Shown piece by piece: positions 1-10,091 of a DNA stretch of 64,000 nt (its first letter is position 1; every line of letters starts with the position of its first letter). Source of the DNA: Cyanophyceae cyanobacterium (GTDB lineage: Bacteria > Cyanobacteriota > Cyanobacteriia > Cyanobacteriales > JBHJGN01); assembly GCA_050331735.1 (NCBI GenBank), contig JBHJGN010000019.1, positions 64,001-128,000 on the forward strand, in the 5' to 3' direction. The translations under genes and the position numbers were made by a program. Below the pieces are notes generated by a model that had not been told where the DNA came from, made no database searches, and saw only the letters and a program-made list of their open reading frames with translations.

Positions 1-214
1 GCCCCTGCGCGATAACGAACTCTATACCAAACTCTGGACCGATGGTGCCCTTGCCACCTCCATTTGGCCCGGACAGTGGGTAGCTGTAAAAATGGCAGAG
101 TGTCCCGCTAAATTTATCGTGCTGCGAGACAGCCACTCGTTCTATCAAACTCTGCGAGAAAAACTGCTTTGGGCTGGAACGCGAGTTCACTACAGCAACA
201 ATCATCGTCGTTAA
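1..214 (+). CDS. nadK: NAD(+) kinase, 3' end only (runs off window start)
   Basis: Not in ORF track. Frame 2 reads ...KLWTDGALATSIWPGQWVAVKMAECPAKFIVLRDSHSFYQTLREKLLWAG...*, which resembles the C-terminus of cyanobacterial NAD kinases. TAA at 212-214. Confidence 0.8.
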   Translation, partial: PLRDNELYTKLWTDGALATSIWPGQWVAVKMAECPAKFIVLRDSHSFYQTLREKLLWAGTRVHYSNNHRR

Positions 215-339
215 TCCTCATCGGTAAACAGAGCAAGCATTGCTTCTCTCTGGGTAACGTTGGTAACAAGTAGCGCAACTCCCTACTGATGGTAGATTTC
301 TATCTTTGCCGATCGCCTTAATCTAATTGGCAAAGAAGT

Positions 340-564
340 ATGTTCAAAACAAGTCTGACCATGAATAACGATTCTAAACAAGCCTCTCCAGGGCAAGCAG
401 CGGCGGAAGCTCAAGAAACCATTAAAGCAGGAAAAGTTTATGGTGGCGGTGATGCTTTACTGGAGGTTGAAGACAAAGCCAATTCTGGCGAAGTTGTTGA
501 TGAGGCGATCGCGACCAACACCACTGGCAACACTGCTAGTAACGCTCCAGGGGATGCTAAATAG
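340..564 (+). CDS. Small acidic hydrophilic (hydrophilin-like) hypothetical protein; start may be 361
   Basis: 74-aa ORF rich in A/G/E/D/N/T with no hydrophobic core; stress-gene neighbourhood. Confidence 0.6.
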   Translation: MFKTSLTMNNDSKQASPGQAAAEAQETIKAGKVYGGGDALLEVEDKANSGEVVDEAIATNTTGNTASNAPGDAK

Positions 565-652
565 TTTGAAAACCACTGGAGGATATCCCGTCGCTCCAGA
601 GCGCCTGAAAAAGGACTACTAACAGTTTGGGGGCTAATCGCCCCCCATTTCA

Positions 653-1222
653 CTAAGCTGAACGGCGCTGTTCTTGGTGCTGACCTACGGCGAATTCCTC
701 AATGACTTTACTAATAAAAGCAGGAATATCGTCGGGTTGACGACTGGTAATTAACCCCCGATCGACCACCACTTCCTGGTCGACCCAGTTGGCACCCGCA
801 TTTTTCAAATCCGTGGAGACAGACGGATAAGAGGTGATAGTTCGACCTTTCACCACATCTGCTTCTACCAGCGTCCAGGGACCGTGACAAATCGCCGCCA
901 CGGGTTTTCCTGCTTCAAAGAAGGATTTCACAAACTCAACGGCGGTTTTGTTTGTCCGGAGCTGATCTGGGTTAACCGTACCGCCAGGAAGCAGCAAAGC
1001 ATCATAATTGCTAGCATTCGCTTGATCAATCGGTACATCAACTGGGAAAAAATCTGCTTTATCGTAATGGTTCCAGCCCTGCACCTGCTCGCTTTCTGGC
1101 GAAACAATATGAACCTGAGCACCCGCCTTGACCAAGGCATCCTTGGGCTTAGTTAGCTCTACCTGTTCAAATCCTTGAGCCACTAAAATTGCGACTTTCT
1201 TTCCGTTTAATTCCTGTGCCAT
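653..1222 (-). CDS. pfpI: DJ-1/PfpI family protein (type 1 glutamine amidotransferase-like; glyoxalase III/deglycase)
   Basis: KKVAILVAQGFEQVEL, LLLPGG..NPDQLR, AAICHGPW catalytic Cys, ITSRQPDDIPAF. Confidence 0.92.
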   Translation of the reverse strand: MAQELNGKKVAILVAQGFEQVELTKPKDALVKAGAQVHIVSPESEQVQGWNHYDKADFFPVDVPIDQANASNYDALLLPGGTVNPDQLRTNKTAVEFVKSFFEAGKPVAAICHGPWTLVEADVVKGRTITSYPSVSTDLKNAGANWVDQEVVVDRGLITSRQPDDIPAFISKVIEEFAVGQHQEQRRSA

Positions 1223-1425
1223 TAGCTGTTCTCTCTGTCAAGCTAGTTTACGTAAATGTGATAATTTATACTATTTTTTTTACTAGGGAGCGGCATCTAT
1301 CTAACGGTCAACTATATTGTTCTCTTGATTGAGTAACCGTCTAGACTGATCTTTTAGAGGAAAGGGACTTAACAGCGCTCAGTTACTAGTAATTTGATAA
1401 ATGAACTAACTAGTTTGGTCACTGC

Positions 1426-2364
1426 TCACTGTTCACTGTTTCTCCTTTCCCCGTCCCGGAGGAATGATTTCCCCTTTTCCCCCGCCAAGGGCGCTTCCCC
1501 GTACAGATCGACAAATCGTCTAAACAGCCGCATCGTATCGTGGTTAGATGGATGAGCCGCGACTAAGCGAAGTGATCTTCTAGTTGCTAACTTGCGGAGG
1601 TAGGGCAAGTCTTCCCAAAGAGTTAAACAGGACGCAAAGTGCAGCACTAACTGCAAAAATGGTTTAGGCCAGCTTAAATCGCTATAGATATCAATCAGAA
1701 ATTTGTGCTCGTTAGCACCGAGAGGAATAACGTTAAAAATTACTGTAATCTTCTTACCGTTGTAGACAGGAATTTTCAGCTCAACCGTGTAGGGCGTGTG
1801 CAACACCAATTCCACTTCGACAATCGGCTGTCTCCAAATTCTTAAGGCATTGACCGGAGAATCGAGAAGAGTTTGAAATTTTAGCTTGCCTCCAGCAGCC
1901 GTCGCTTGAAACTGACCCACTTCTATAATTCTTAAGTTATTCAGGCTAAAGGCATGAACCGTTTCTAAATGTTTTAGGTTCAGCAGGTGATAAATTTGGC
2001 AGAAATAAGGAAAGGGCAGCAAATATTCTTGGCGAATGAGGTGAAATTGTTGTAGCTCGAGCATTCTAGAGTGAGCTAGTTGCCAATACTGCTGATGAGT
2101 GAGAGAAACGCTGTCCGTTGAATTGGTGTTGTCTAACTCTTCTGGCTTTAAGTAGAGCCAGCTCACAAAAAAGAACGTGCCAATCAGAATATGAAGAATC
2201 TCAATCGGAGAAATATACCCGTCTCCCAGAGCCGCAATACTTCTATCAGTAATTCCAAATAGCCAGGAGGGAATTCCTAAGCTCCAAACACTGTTTCTCA
2301 GCTTAGCAACGCAGAGCAGAGTATTTGTTAAAGGGCGATCGCCTGGAGATGTATTGCTAGACAT
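1426..2364 (-). CDS. Hypothetical protein with N-terminal membrane hairpin (ending WLYLKPE) and soluble C-terminal domain
   Basis: 312-aa ORF; N-terminal module is paralogous to ORF 5777..6031; the last ~24 codons run through a dispersed repeat. Confidence 0.75.
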   Translation of the reverse strand: MSSNTSPGDRPLTNTLLCVAKLRNSVWSLGIPSWLFGITDRSIAALGDGYISPIEILHILIGTFFFVSWLYLKPEELDNTNSTDSVSLTHQQYWQLAHSRMLELQQFHLIRQEYLLPFPYFCQIYHLLNLKHLETVHAFSLNNLRIIEVGQFQATAAGGKLKFQTLLDSPVNALRIWRQPIVEVELVLHTPYTVELKIPVYNGKKITVIFNVIPLGANEHKFLIDIYSDLSWPKPFLQLVLHFASCLTLWEDLPYLRKLATRRSLRLVAAHPSNHDTMRLFRRFVDLYGEAPLAGEKGKSFLRDGERRNSEQ

Positions 2365-2719
2365 CGTTAATGAATATTAATGTGAACGAAATAAACTGAC
2401 TTGCCGCAGACCTGTGGCAATTAGCTCAATTACCAAGAACTGATCGCAAAGCTGCATGAAAGTAGTATCAGCTCTAGAATCCTCTGAGCTGTCGTGCGCT
2501 AATGGAGGTAACTCCCAGGAGAAAGACGCAAGCGAAAGCCAAGAATACTCCTAGGCTTTATTGTCAAATCAGGCTGATGCAATAAAGTCAAGAAACTGAA
2601 AGTTTTTGTAACAATTAGATATTAACAAAAATATAAGAAGTTGGGAGAGTAGCTACTTCGCTATCTTTAGGCGTCTGGGAAACAAATCTTTGGCTACGGG
2701 ACATTCAGCGTAGCCTGTT

Positions 2720-2751
2720 TAAAAACATCCCTCCAAAGCGGGATGTTTTTT
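2720..2751. terminator. Intrinsic terminator-like hairpin downstream of the rhomboid gene (potentially bidirectional)
   Basis: AAAAACATCCC-tccaaagc-GGGATGTTTTT with A/T runs on both sides. Confidence 0.6.
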
Positions 2752-2877
2752 GCTTTTTATAACGATGAAAGCCACTTTGAAACAGTTGATGCGGCTACAG
2801 TAAGATGAAGCGAAATGCGAAACCTTTGACTTCAATCAACTAGCCAAAAAACAAATGCTGTCTCCTGCTGTCAGTTA

Positions 2878-4380
2878 TTAGGCCAGCAGTAATCCGAAGC
2901 TAAATCCGAGAATCAGTCCGAGTAAGTGACTCAAAAAGCTTACCTGAGGAGTGACAAGGTCGAAAGCAAACTGTAGTGCAATAATCAGCACAATAAACCG
3001 CAGACGTTTAGCGGCAAGAGGCGATTGTTCCCGTTGCCATCCTCGCAGAAAAATAGCGCCAATGACGCCAATAAGCCCCATAATGGCGGCGGAGGCTCCG
3101 ACTAAAACTTGAGCCGGTTCTGTATTAACGGCCCACAGGGAAAACACGAACATCGCCCCCACTCCGCTCATTAAATAGACGAATAAATAGCGGGGAACTC
3201 CCAAACTCAGCTCTACGGGTCTTCCTAAAAAATACAGGCCCAGCATATTGGTGAGCAAATGCAGCCAGCCGTAGTGCAGAAAATTGGCGCTAAGTAAACG
3301 CCACCACTGACCGGACCAAGTAGCTTGGGGAACCAAGGCTCCGAGGCGATAGAGCGTGTTGAGATCTTCGCTGCCTCCTACCTGAATTTCTACACCAAAA
3401 GCGACCAGATTGATGCCGGTGAGTCCGTAGGTAGCATAAGCTTGGCGATCACGGTGAGTCATAACGTTTATTTTATCCTGTCTTAGCTCAATTTGAAGGC
3501 GAGCCAGAATCTGTTTGGAAGCATCGGTTAACACCTGCTGAGGCACGGCTGGGGAATGGGATAAACGCCAGGCGATCGCCTGCTCCAGCACGGGATCGCC
3601 GGAAGACAGAGAAGTAAGTCCGCAATCATTTTGTTCTGCTACCATCTGTGCCGTGCCTACCCAAAACCTTTTGATCCGTTCAGGATACAGGCTTAAAGGA
3701 CCAGCCAGCAAGCGTCGTACCTGTTCTACCCGCCCGCAGAAAGCCAGAGCATAAAGACAACCGAGCCTCACCTGTCTCTTGCTTAAATACGGCTGAACGC
3801 GAGCCATCTCTGTCAGCAATCCATTTAAATCACCGGTTTCTCCAAGAGTGCGGAGGTAGCAAACAGCCAACTCCGGATCTTTCAAGCGCGTCTGTTGCGG
3901 TAGCTGGCTAAGCCAGGCTAAACATCCGTTCCAGTCTGATTGGATCGTGTAGAGTAATGCCTGAGCGCGCAGAGACAGAGAACCAGAATTGGTAAGCACA
4001 GCAGTCGCTTGCTCCAGTCCTTGTTGACCTCGGGCCAGGGCCAGCATTAACTGGGGTCGTTCCCAGGCTCCGCTCCATGGATGCAGCCAGCGCAACCAGA
4101 GAGCTAGCCGGTACGCCTGATGGTATCGGTGGCGATCACTCTCGTGTTTGATGAGAACGTTTCCCCATCTTGGAAGGAGATAGAAGCTCAGCCACAGACT
4201 AATGCCGATTAGACCAGCCATGCTAGGAAAGGAGTAAAGTAACCCCCCTGTAATTCCTAAAATCACTCCGCAGGTAGCAGCCCAACCTCGCTCATGCCTA
4301 CCGACCGCTGGAGAACAAATCACAATGGAGGCAATACAGGCAAAACCAACAATCCAGAGCAGGAAGTCATTAAGATCCAC
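2878..4380 (-). CDS. Rhomboid family intramembrane serine protease with long N-terminal extension
   Basis: QWWRLLSANFLH..WLHLLTNM, GASAAIMG (catalytic Ser), SHLLGL (catalytic His). Confidence 0.9.
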   Translation of the reverse strand: MDLNDFLLWIVGFACIASIVICSPAVGRHERGWAATCGVILGITGGLLYSFPSMAGLIGISLWLSFYLLPRWGNVLIKHESDRHRYHQAYRLALWLRWLHPWSGAWERPQLMLALARGQQGLEQATAVLTNSGSLSLRAQALLYTIQSDWNGCLAWLSQLPQQTRLKDPELAVCYLRTLGETGDLNGLLTEMARVQPYLSKRQVRLGCLYALAFCGRVEQVRRLLAGPLSLYPERIKRFWVGTAQMVAEQNDCGLTSLSSGDPVLEQAIAWRLSHSPAVPQQVLTDASKQILARLQIELRQDKINVMTHRDRQAYATYGLTGINLVAFGVEIQVGGSEDLNTLYRLGALVPQATWSGQWWRLLSANFLHYGWLHLLTNMLGLYFLGRPVELSLGVPRYLFVYLMSGVGAMFVFSLWAVNTEPAQVLVGASAAIMGLIGVIGAIFLRGWQREQSPLAAKRLRFIVLIIALQFAFDLVTPQVSFLSHLLGLILGFSFGLLLA

Positions 4381-4577
4381 GGAGGAAGAGCGCAGGAAAG
4401 CAGAGAAAATTAGCTAGTCTACTCAGGAACAATAGACACTACTTTAAAGTTAACTCATGCAGAATATTTAGTCAGTTTCCTTGTTGAGCAAACGCCCTCC
4501 CAACAAACAGCCTGCACTCGCTGATTATATGTCTTAAGATAGAGTACTCAAGGGACTTTTAGCGAACAAGAGTCAAA

Positions 4578-5774
4578 GTGATGAGGGATATCGGTAAAGC
4601 ACTGCAAGAGAAGACGGATCTCGTTACCCAAAACTGGATCGAAGCTGTTCGCACCGATGAAGAAATTGAAAGCGCCCAACAAATTGCTTATCACGCCGTT
4701 CGTGACAGTATTCCATTGGTTCTAGAGGCGATTTCTACCTTGCTCACCCGTACTCCGACCGATGACGATCCGCAAGCCGTTTTAGCAAGGGGATTGAAAC
4801 ATGGAGCGGAGAGAGCCGAACAAGGCTATGATGCTGCCGAAATTGTCCGAGAATATCGCCTATTGCGCCGAGTCATTTTTACCACGCTCAAGCCCGATCT
4901 TCTGTCTGGTTCTGCTAGTCAAGTTCTAGAGGCGATACAAGCCATTGATACCATTATCGATGAAGTCGTTTCTACTTGTCTAGAGAGCTACCTGCAAGAA
5001 CGTCTGCGAGAACTAGAGAGAGTTCAGGGTCAACTGATGCTCACCAATCAAGAACTGACTCGCTTGGTTCAGTCCCAGAAAGATAATTTGTCTCGTTTAA
5101 CCCACGAACTCAAAAACCCAGTTAACGCCATTATGGGGTACTCGGAACTGTTATTGCGCCAGCAGCCGACGTTCCCTCAAGCACAAGATACGTCTACAAA
5201 CCTGCAATTCATTGAGCGGTTGATCCGTAACGGTCAGCAGCTACTTCGCTTAATCAACAACTCGCTAGAGATTTCTCGCTGTGAAGCCGAGCAAATGCAG
5301 CCTCAGCTAGAGTCAACCGCTGTCCGCTCTTTGATCGAAGAGTCGGTGGAAGCTTTGGCACTCTCAGCTCGCGATCGGCAGTTAGCAGTGAGGGTAGAGT
5401 GCGACCGCGCTCCCGAGACTGTCCTGAGCGACCCGCTCTGGCTTCGGCAAATTGTGACTAATTTGGTCAGCAATGCCATCCGCTACACTGATTCTGGAAC
5501 CGTGCGCGTCATCTGTCAGAGGTGTGACGACGAGGGCTGGCAACTGGTGGTTTCTGATACCGGCGTTGGCATCACTCCCGAAGATCAGCTCAAAATTTTT
5601 AAGCCTTACTTTCGCGTTCAACAAGATCACCACTCCTTAGACGGCACTGGCCTAGGCTTAGCGATTGTTGCTGAACTCGTTAACCTGCTCCAGGGAAAGA
5701 TTTACGTTGTCTCTCAGGTTGGCAAGGGGTCCACCTTTACGGTGACGTTTCCACTTTCGGCACCAACGGCCTAA
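4578..5774 (+). CDS. Soluble sensor histidine kinase with N-terminal RsbRD_N-like helical domain
   Basis: HGAERAEQGYDAAEIVREYRLLR (RsbRD_N-like); THELKNP H-box; NLVSNAIRYT; DTGVGI; GTGLGL. Confidence 0.88.
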   Translation: MMRDIGKALQEKTDLVTQNWIEAVRTDEEIESAQQIAYHAVRDSIPLVLEAISTLLTRTPTDDDPQAVLARGLKHGAERAEQGYDAAEIVREYRLLRRVIFTTLKPDLLSGSASQVLEAIQAIDTIIDEVVSTCLESYLQERLRELERVQGQLMLTNQELTRLVQSQKDNLSRLTHELKNPVNAIMGYSELLLRQQPTFPQAQDTSTNLQFIERLIRNGQQLLRLINNSLEISRCEAEQMQPQLESTAVRSLIEESVEALALSARDRQLAVRVECDRAPETVLSDPLWLRQIVTNLVSNAIRYTDSGTVRVICQRCDDEGWQLVVSDTGVGITPEDQLKIFKPYFRVQQDHHSLDGTGLGLAIVAELVNLLQGKIYVVSQVGKGSTFTVTFPLSAPTA

Positions 5775-5776
5775 GC

Positions 5777-6031
5777 CTACTCCGGCTTTAAAAACAACCA
5801 ACCGATAAATAACAAACAGGTTGTGGATAGCTGAATCAGATCCAGGAGGGAGAAATAGCCCTTTCCCAGTACGGCCAGACCTCTATCAAACAATCCGTAG
5901 CACCAAGAAGCCAAACCCAGATACCAAATTCCTCTTTTGAGAATTCTAGAAAAGGCATTAATCTGATAGCACTGTTTATTCATAACCGCGACTTGGGCTG
6001 AAGGCAATGGAGAGGCTAATGCATCCATCAA
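5777..6031 (-). CDS. Small two-helix membrane protein, standalone WLxLKPE module
   Basis: LGLASWCYGLFDRGLAVLGKGYFS...IGWLFLKPE aligns with the N-terminus of ORF 1426..2364. Confidence 0.7.
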   Translation of the reverse strand: MMDALASPLPSAQVAVMNKQCYQINAFSRILKRGIWYLGLASWCYGLFDRGLAVLGKGYFSLLDLIQLSTTCLLFIGWLFLKPE

Positions 6032-6189
6032 TGACGAACGCTTTATTCCTCGTTGATTAGCTCGTACTCCTGTTATAAGTTAAGAATTGTTACAAAGTCT
6101 CTACCGAAGTACATAGCTTTAGCAAAAACAATACCTCTTTAGAGGTAGTTCCAAGGAAGGAGGGTAGCGGCTAGCTAGGGCCCGAGAAA

Positions 6190-7500
6190 CTAATCCAGTA
6201 ATTTCTTCACCGTCAGAAACTGCTCCTCAATCGCAGTACGCTCGCTTTCACACTCGCTCTCGGCGTGAACGTGATAGATCATCTGAGCATGACGCTTGAG
6301 AACGAGGTGGTCTTGTGGCTGATGAGTGTAGGCAGCAATATTAGCGATCGCCTCTAGTAACCGAATCCTCACTTCCACCGCAGAGCGACTGTACTGACGA
6401 ATTTGATCAAAAGCGGTATCTATAATGTCAGCAAAGGTAATGGGATTAGCGATGATGCGGAGTGTTCCGCGTTCATCAGTGCGATAAGGAGAAGGAATGT
6501 CTTTTTGTGCCAGACGACATAAAGCCGCACCAAGCTGATCGATACAGCGCATGGCCGTAAATGGATCGTTAATGCCGGGAGAGAGGGCCCGAACGGCAAT
6601 TTCGACTAGCTGCTCCACGGCAAAATCGAGATCTTGCTGCTGAGTCCGCTGTGCTCCCAGGACAAAAGCGCGATTGATTTGGCTCGCGAGCTGCTTGTCC
6701 ACTCGCTCCCCCGGATACACCATCACAAGCGTTGCTTTCGCTACGACGAAATGGCCAGGACGATGGAGAAGACGCATCAGCACATTGTTTTCCTGCGCCA
6801 CTTTCATTAAAAGGCGATCATCGATGACCTGAATATAGCCTCGTTGAGTGACGTGGACAGGACAAGCACGACGAGCAAAATCCGCAGGAACCGGGGATTC
6901 GCTCGACTTGTGCCCTTTGCCAAGCTGTTGAGGAAAAAGTTGTTCAATGGTGCGCTCGAGGTCTTCACTCACTCTCTGCACCACGTTATCTGCTTGAATC
7001 GATTCCGCTGCATGGTGAATAAAATAAATCAGGACGGCCAGATTTAGAGTAGCCAGCATAATACTAAACGCTACAGAAAGCTGTGGTAGAAACTGACCGT
7101 CATCCCGCCCCTGGACCGAACGCAACACCAGCAGACAGTACAAGAAAGTTGCAATAAACGTCCCCAGCACCACTTGATTGCCCCGGTCCTGCATAAAGTT
7201 GCGCAAGATGCGCGGTCCAAACTGGGAAGAGGCAAGCTGAAGAGCAACAATGGTAATGGAAAACGCCGTTGTCGCTACCGTAATCGACGAACCAGCAATA
7301 ACCGAAAGAATGGTACGGGCTCCGTCTGCATCCCTCGTATAGGTCCAGCCAAGAGCAGCAATAATATCAGACTGACTCGTTTCATCAAGCCGAAGCATCC
7401 CCAAAGACAACCCAACAGCGCTCGCCGCCATGAGAGCCGGAATAAACCAGTAGCTCGCCAGAAGAGACTGCCATAGCTGATAGAGCTTAACGTTTTTCAT
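6190..7500 (-). CDS. DUF2254 family predicted membrane protein
   Basis: SYWFIP, ARTILSVIAGS, ALQLASSQFGPR, EIAVRALSPGINDPFTA; ATG at 7500. Confidence 0.88.
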   Translation of the reverse strand: MKNVKLYQLWQSLLASYWFIPALMAASAVGLSLGMLRLDETSQSDIIAALGWTYTRDADGARTILSVIAGSSITVATTAFSITIVALQLASSQFGPRILRNFMQDRGNQVVLGTFIATFLYCLLVLRSVQGRDDGQFLPQLSVAFSIMLATLNLAVLIYFIHHAAESIQADNVVQRVSEDLERTIEQLFPQQLGKGHKSSESPVPADFARRACPVHVTQRGYIQVIDDRLLMKVAQENNVLMRLLHRPGHFVVAKATLVMVYPGERVDKQLASQINRAFVLGAQRTQQQDLDFAVEQLVEIAVRALSPGINDPFTAMRCIDQLGAALCRLAQKDIPSPYRTDERGTLRIIANPITFADIIDTAFDQIRQYSRSAVEVRIRLLEAIANIAAYTHQPQDHLVLKRHAQMIYHVHAESECESERTAIEEQFLTVKKLLD

Positions 7501-7585
7501 AGACAATGGGTCGCGGCGCTGCTCTCAACAAGAAACAGTCCGATAGCAAACGTTTTTGGTTGATTGCTCATTGCTGACTGAATGG

Positions 7586-8383
7586 CTATTCTCCGGCTGA
7601 CCACGGTTTAGCAAAGGAAGGATACAGCGTTAAGCCCCCGTCAGCAAACAGGGTTTGACCCGTGATGTAGGCGGCATCGTCAGAAGCCAGAAATGCCGTA
7701 ATAGCGGCCATTTCTTCGGACGTTCCCACTCGGCCCATCGGAATTTGCTGCGCGATCTCTTGTTGCTTTTGCGGATCCTCTTGCCAGTTGTTAATCGGCG
7801 TTGCCGTCGCACCGGGCGCGATCGCATTGACGCGAATGCCCTGATGAGCGTACTCTAGCCCGAGGGTCTTCGTCATGTTTTCCAGGCCGCCCTTGCTGAT
7901 CGCATAGCTAACATACTGGGGTCGGGGAATGATTTCGTGAACGCTAGAGACATTAATAATGATGCCTCCAGTTCCCTGCTTGAGAAATTGTTGAATCGCT
8001 TCGCGAGCGCACAGGTACGCACCTCTCAAGTTTACGCCGATCACCTTGTCGAAGTCATCGGTTTCGACTTCATGGGAATCTTCTGCCATCTGAATCCCGG
8101 CGTTGTTCACGAGAATATCTAAACTGCCCAATTGCTCGACGACTTCCTTGCACATTCTGATAATATCGGCTTCTTGAGACACATCGGCCTGCACCAGAAT
8201 TTTGTGGGCCTCACCCCCACAAGCTTCTTCGATCATCGCCACCGTCTGGTCAGCCGATTCAGGGCCTTTGCGATGGTTAATCGCGACGCTCGCTCCTTCC
8301 TGGGCGAAGCGGACAGCGATCGCCTGCCCAATCCCAGAGGTGGCTCCCGTCACCAACACCTTCTTTTCCTTCAACCCTTTCAT
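7586..8383 (-). CDS. SDR family oxidoreductase, glucose 1-dehydrogenase-like
   Basis: TGATSGIG, LVNNAG, SSVHE, YAISK (YxxxK), RVNAIAPG, YITGQTLFADGGLTLYP. Confidence 0.9.
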   Translation of the reverse strand: MKGLKEKKVLVTGATSGIGQAIAVRFAQEGASVAINHRKGPESADQTVAMIEEACGGEAHKILVQADVSQEADIIRMCKEVVEQLGSLDILVNNAGIQMAEDSHEVETDDFDKVIGVNLRGAYLCAREAIQQFLKQGTGGIIINVSSVHEIIPRPQYVSYAISKGGLENMTKTLGLEYAHQGIRVNAIAPGATATPINNWQEDPQKQQEIAQQIPMGRVGTSEEMAAITAFLASDDAAYITGQTLFADGGLTLYPSFAKPWSAGE

Positions 8384-8552
8384 GCTCAAACTCCCTTGCT
8401 TAATGCTCGTCTAAACACACTTTATCAGCTTGGTTATCCTTCACTGTTGATGATAAAAAACCTGCCACAAATCGCCAAGCAAAATGCCACTGCGATCGAG
8501 CAGGTTATTCGAGTCGTTATCGTTTAGGTCTTCGCACCAAAGCGACTGCTAC

Positions 8553-8975
8553 TTAGTCGATATCGAAGAAATCTTTGACCGAATCAACTAAACCTTCCGA
8601 TTTGTTTTCTAGTTCTGCCGTTGCTGCTCCCGCTTCTTCCTTGGCGTTACCAATCCCCTGCTTAAGCTTTCCTTTAGCTTGCTGCGCTGCGCCTTCGGTT
8701 TGTCCGCTGACTTGACCAACGTTGCGCTTCACCGTTCCTACTGCTTCGTCAATACCGCCTTCAACCTGTTCGCCAGTCCCAGATGCCGCTCGCTCGAGCA
8801 CGTTTGTTTCTGCCACTACAAAAGGAAGATCTTCTATAGTAGCGGCACGAGCGTTCATCATTGACCCGAAATTGCTAGTCCAGGCTACTGTAAACATCAG
8901 TAATAAAACGCCTGTTAATAACAGCTTTCTCCCTGTCTTCCAGAAATTGTCCATTGGTTGTCTCCTTTTAGCCAT
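8553..8975 (-). CDS. CsbD-like stress protein with N-terminal signal/TM segment
   Basis: Hydrophobic N-terminus followed by EQVEGGIDEAVGTVKRNVG..EGAAQQAKGKLKQGIG. Confidence 0.75.
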   Translation of the reverse strand: MAKRRQPMDNFWKTGRKLLLTGVLLLMFTVAWTSNFGSMMNARAATIEDLPFVVAETNVLERAASGTGEQVEGGIDEAVGTVKRNVGQVSGQTEGAAQQAKGKLKQGIGNAKEEAGAATAELENKSEGLVDSVKDFFDID

Positions 8976-9250
8976 TTTATCTGCTGTTATTATTAGCGAT
9001 AGACCCTGCTTCAGTATTCACTCTTTGTATAGAGATTGGCGATTCAAACGTTAAAAAACGTAGCAGTAGCTTAACTTTTGATCTCAATATTGTTTAAATA
9101 ACTACATAAACAGCATTTTTGCCTTTTTTGTATCTAAAGAGGGAGGCCAGACAGATCTTTTTTCGCTATTCTAATGCTGGCGATTAGCAGCCTTACGGCC
9201 TGTAACTAATCGAAATTGATACCTTATATGCAGCTATATAGTTAGAGAAA

Positions 9251-9433
9251 ATGAGTACAGAAGATAGAGCAAAAGCAACGGCTAAAAATATCGAAGGAAA
9301 AGCGCAGGAGATGATGGGTGAAATTACCGGAGATCCCAAAGATAAAGCAGAAGGACAAGCCAAGCAAACTGAAGCAAAAGCTCGACATGCCGTAGAAAAT
9401 GCCAAGGATGAAGTCAAAAAAGCCATTGACTAA
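9251..9433 (+). CDS. csbD: CsbD family general stress protein
   Basis: AKNIEGKAQEMMGEITGDPKDKAEGQAKQ CsbD pattern, 60 aa. Confidence 0.9.
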   Translation: MSTEDRAKATAKNIEGKAQEMMGEITGDPKDKAEGQAKQTEAKARHAVENAKDEVKKAID

Positions 9434-9465
9434 CTATTAAGTCGAGCTTTCTCAGCAGATCAAGC

Positions 9466-9494
9466 TGCGTCTGGGTTAATAACACCCAGACGCA
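9466..9494 (+). terminator. Hairpin downstream of csbD
   Basis: TGCGTCTGGGT-taataac-ACCCAGACGCA, perfect 11-bp stem. Confidence 0.6.
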
Positions 9495-9768
9495 AATTTA
9501 TTTGGAGGAATTCCTGGCTTCTGGAGAATAGCGTTTTTAAGTTTTCCTAAAATCGTGTTTCGACTGTTTTTTGTCTTAATCTTTAGCTGAAAAGCTTTGC
9601 GATTGACTTTGATGGAGAGGAGCGTCTGTTAACCACAGTCTGTTTAGATAGACAGGCATTTTTTTCAGAAGCGAGATCAAAGCAGAAGAATTAACATAGA
9701 GACAGTCAGCTCAATAGCTGAGCTGTTGGATTAACTATTTTTCTTAGAGATTGAATCAAGCCTAAATT

Positions 9769-10038
9769 ATGAAGGAACAAGACGTTCGCAAAGTCGCAGA
9801 AGCCGAACCAACCACGACTGGAGGAGATGTAGAAGCGGATCGCTACCAGGCGCAAGTAACTGGAGAAGAAGCCGTCGGCGGCCAAACGCCAACACCGGGA
9901 CAAAATGATGTAGACAAACTAGGCAGTTCCGCCGGCATAGAAATGGCGGATACAGAACCTTTGCCAGTGACGGAAAAACTGGCGGCTCGAGATGGCGATC
10001 GCTGGGAATTGGATGCGAATTCAGCAGAAGATCACTAG
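9769..10038 (+). CDS. DUF6335-like small acidic protein
   Basis: TGGDVEA...GEEAVGGQTPTPGQNDVDKLG...G...KLAARD.DRWELD. Confidence 0.75.
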   Translation: MKEQDVRKVAEAEPTTTGGDVEADRYQAQVTGEEAVGGQTPTPGQNDVDKLGSSAGIEMADTEPLPVTEKLAARDGDRWELDANSAEDH

Positions 10039-10091
10039 TAGGCAGGCGACGCTAGCTGGCCACCACGCGGGTGCTGACCTCAAGCCCCGCG

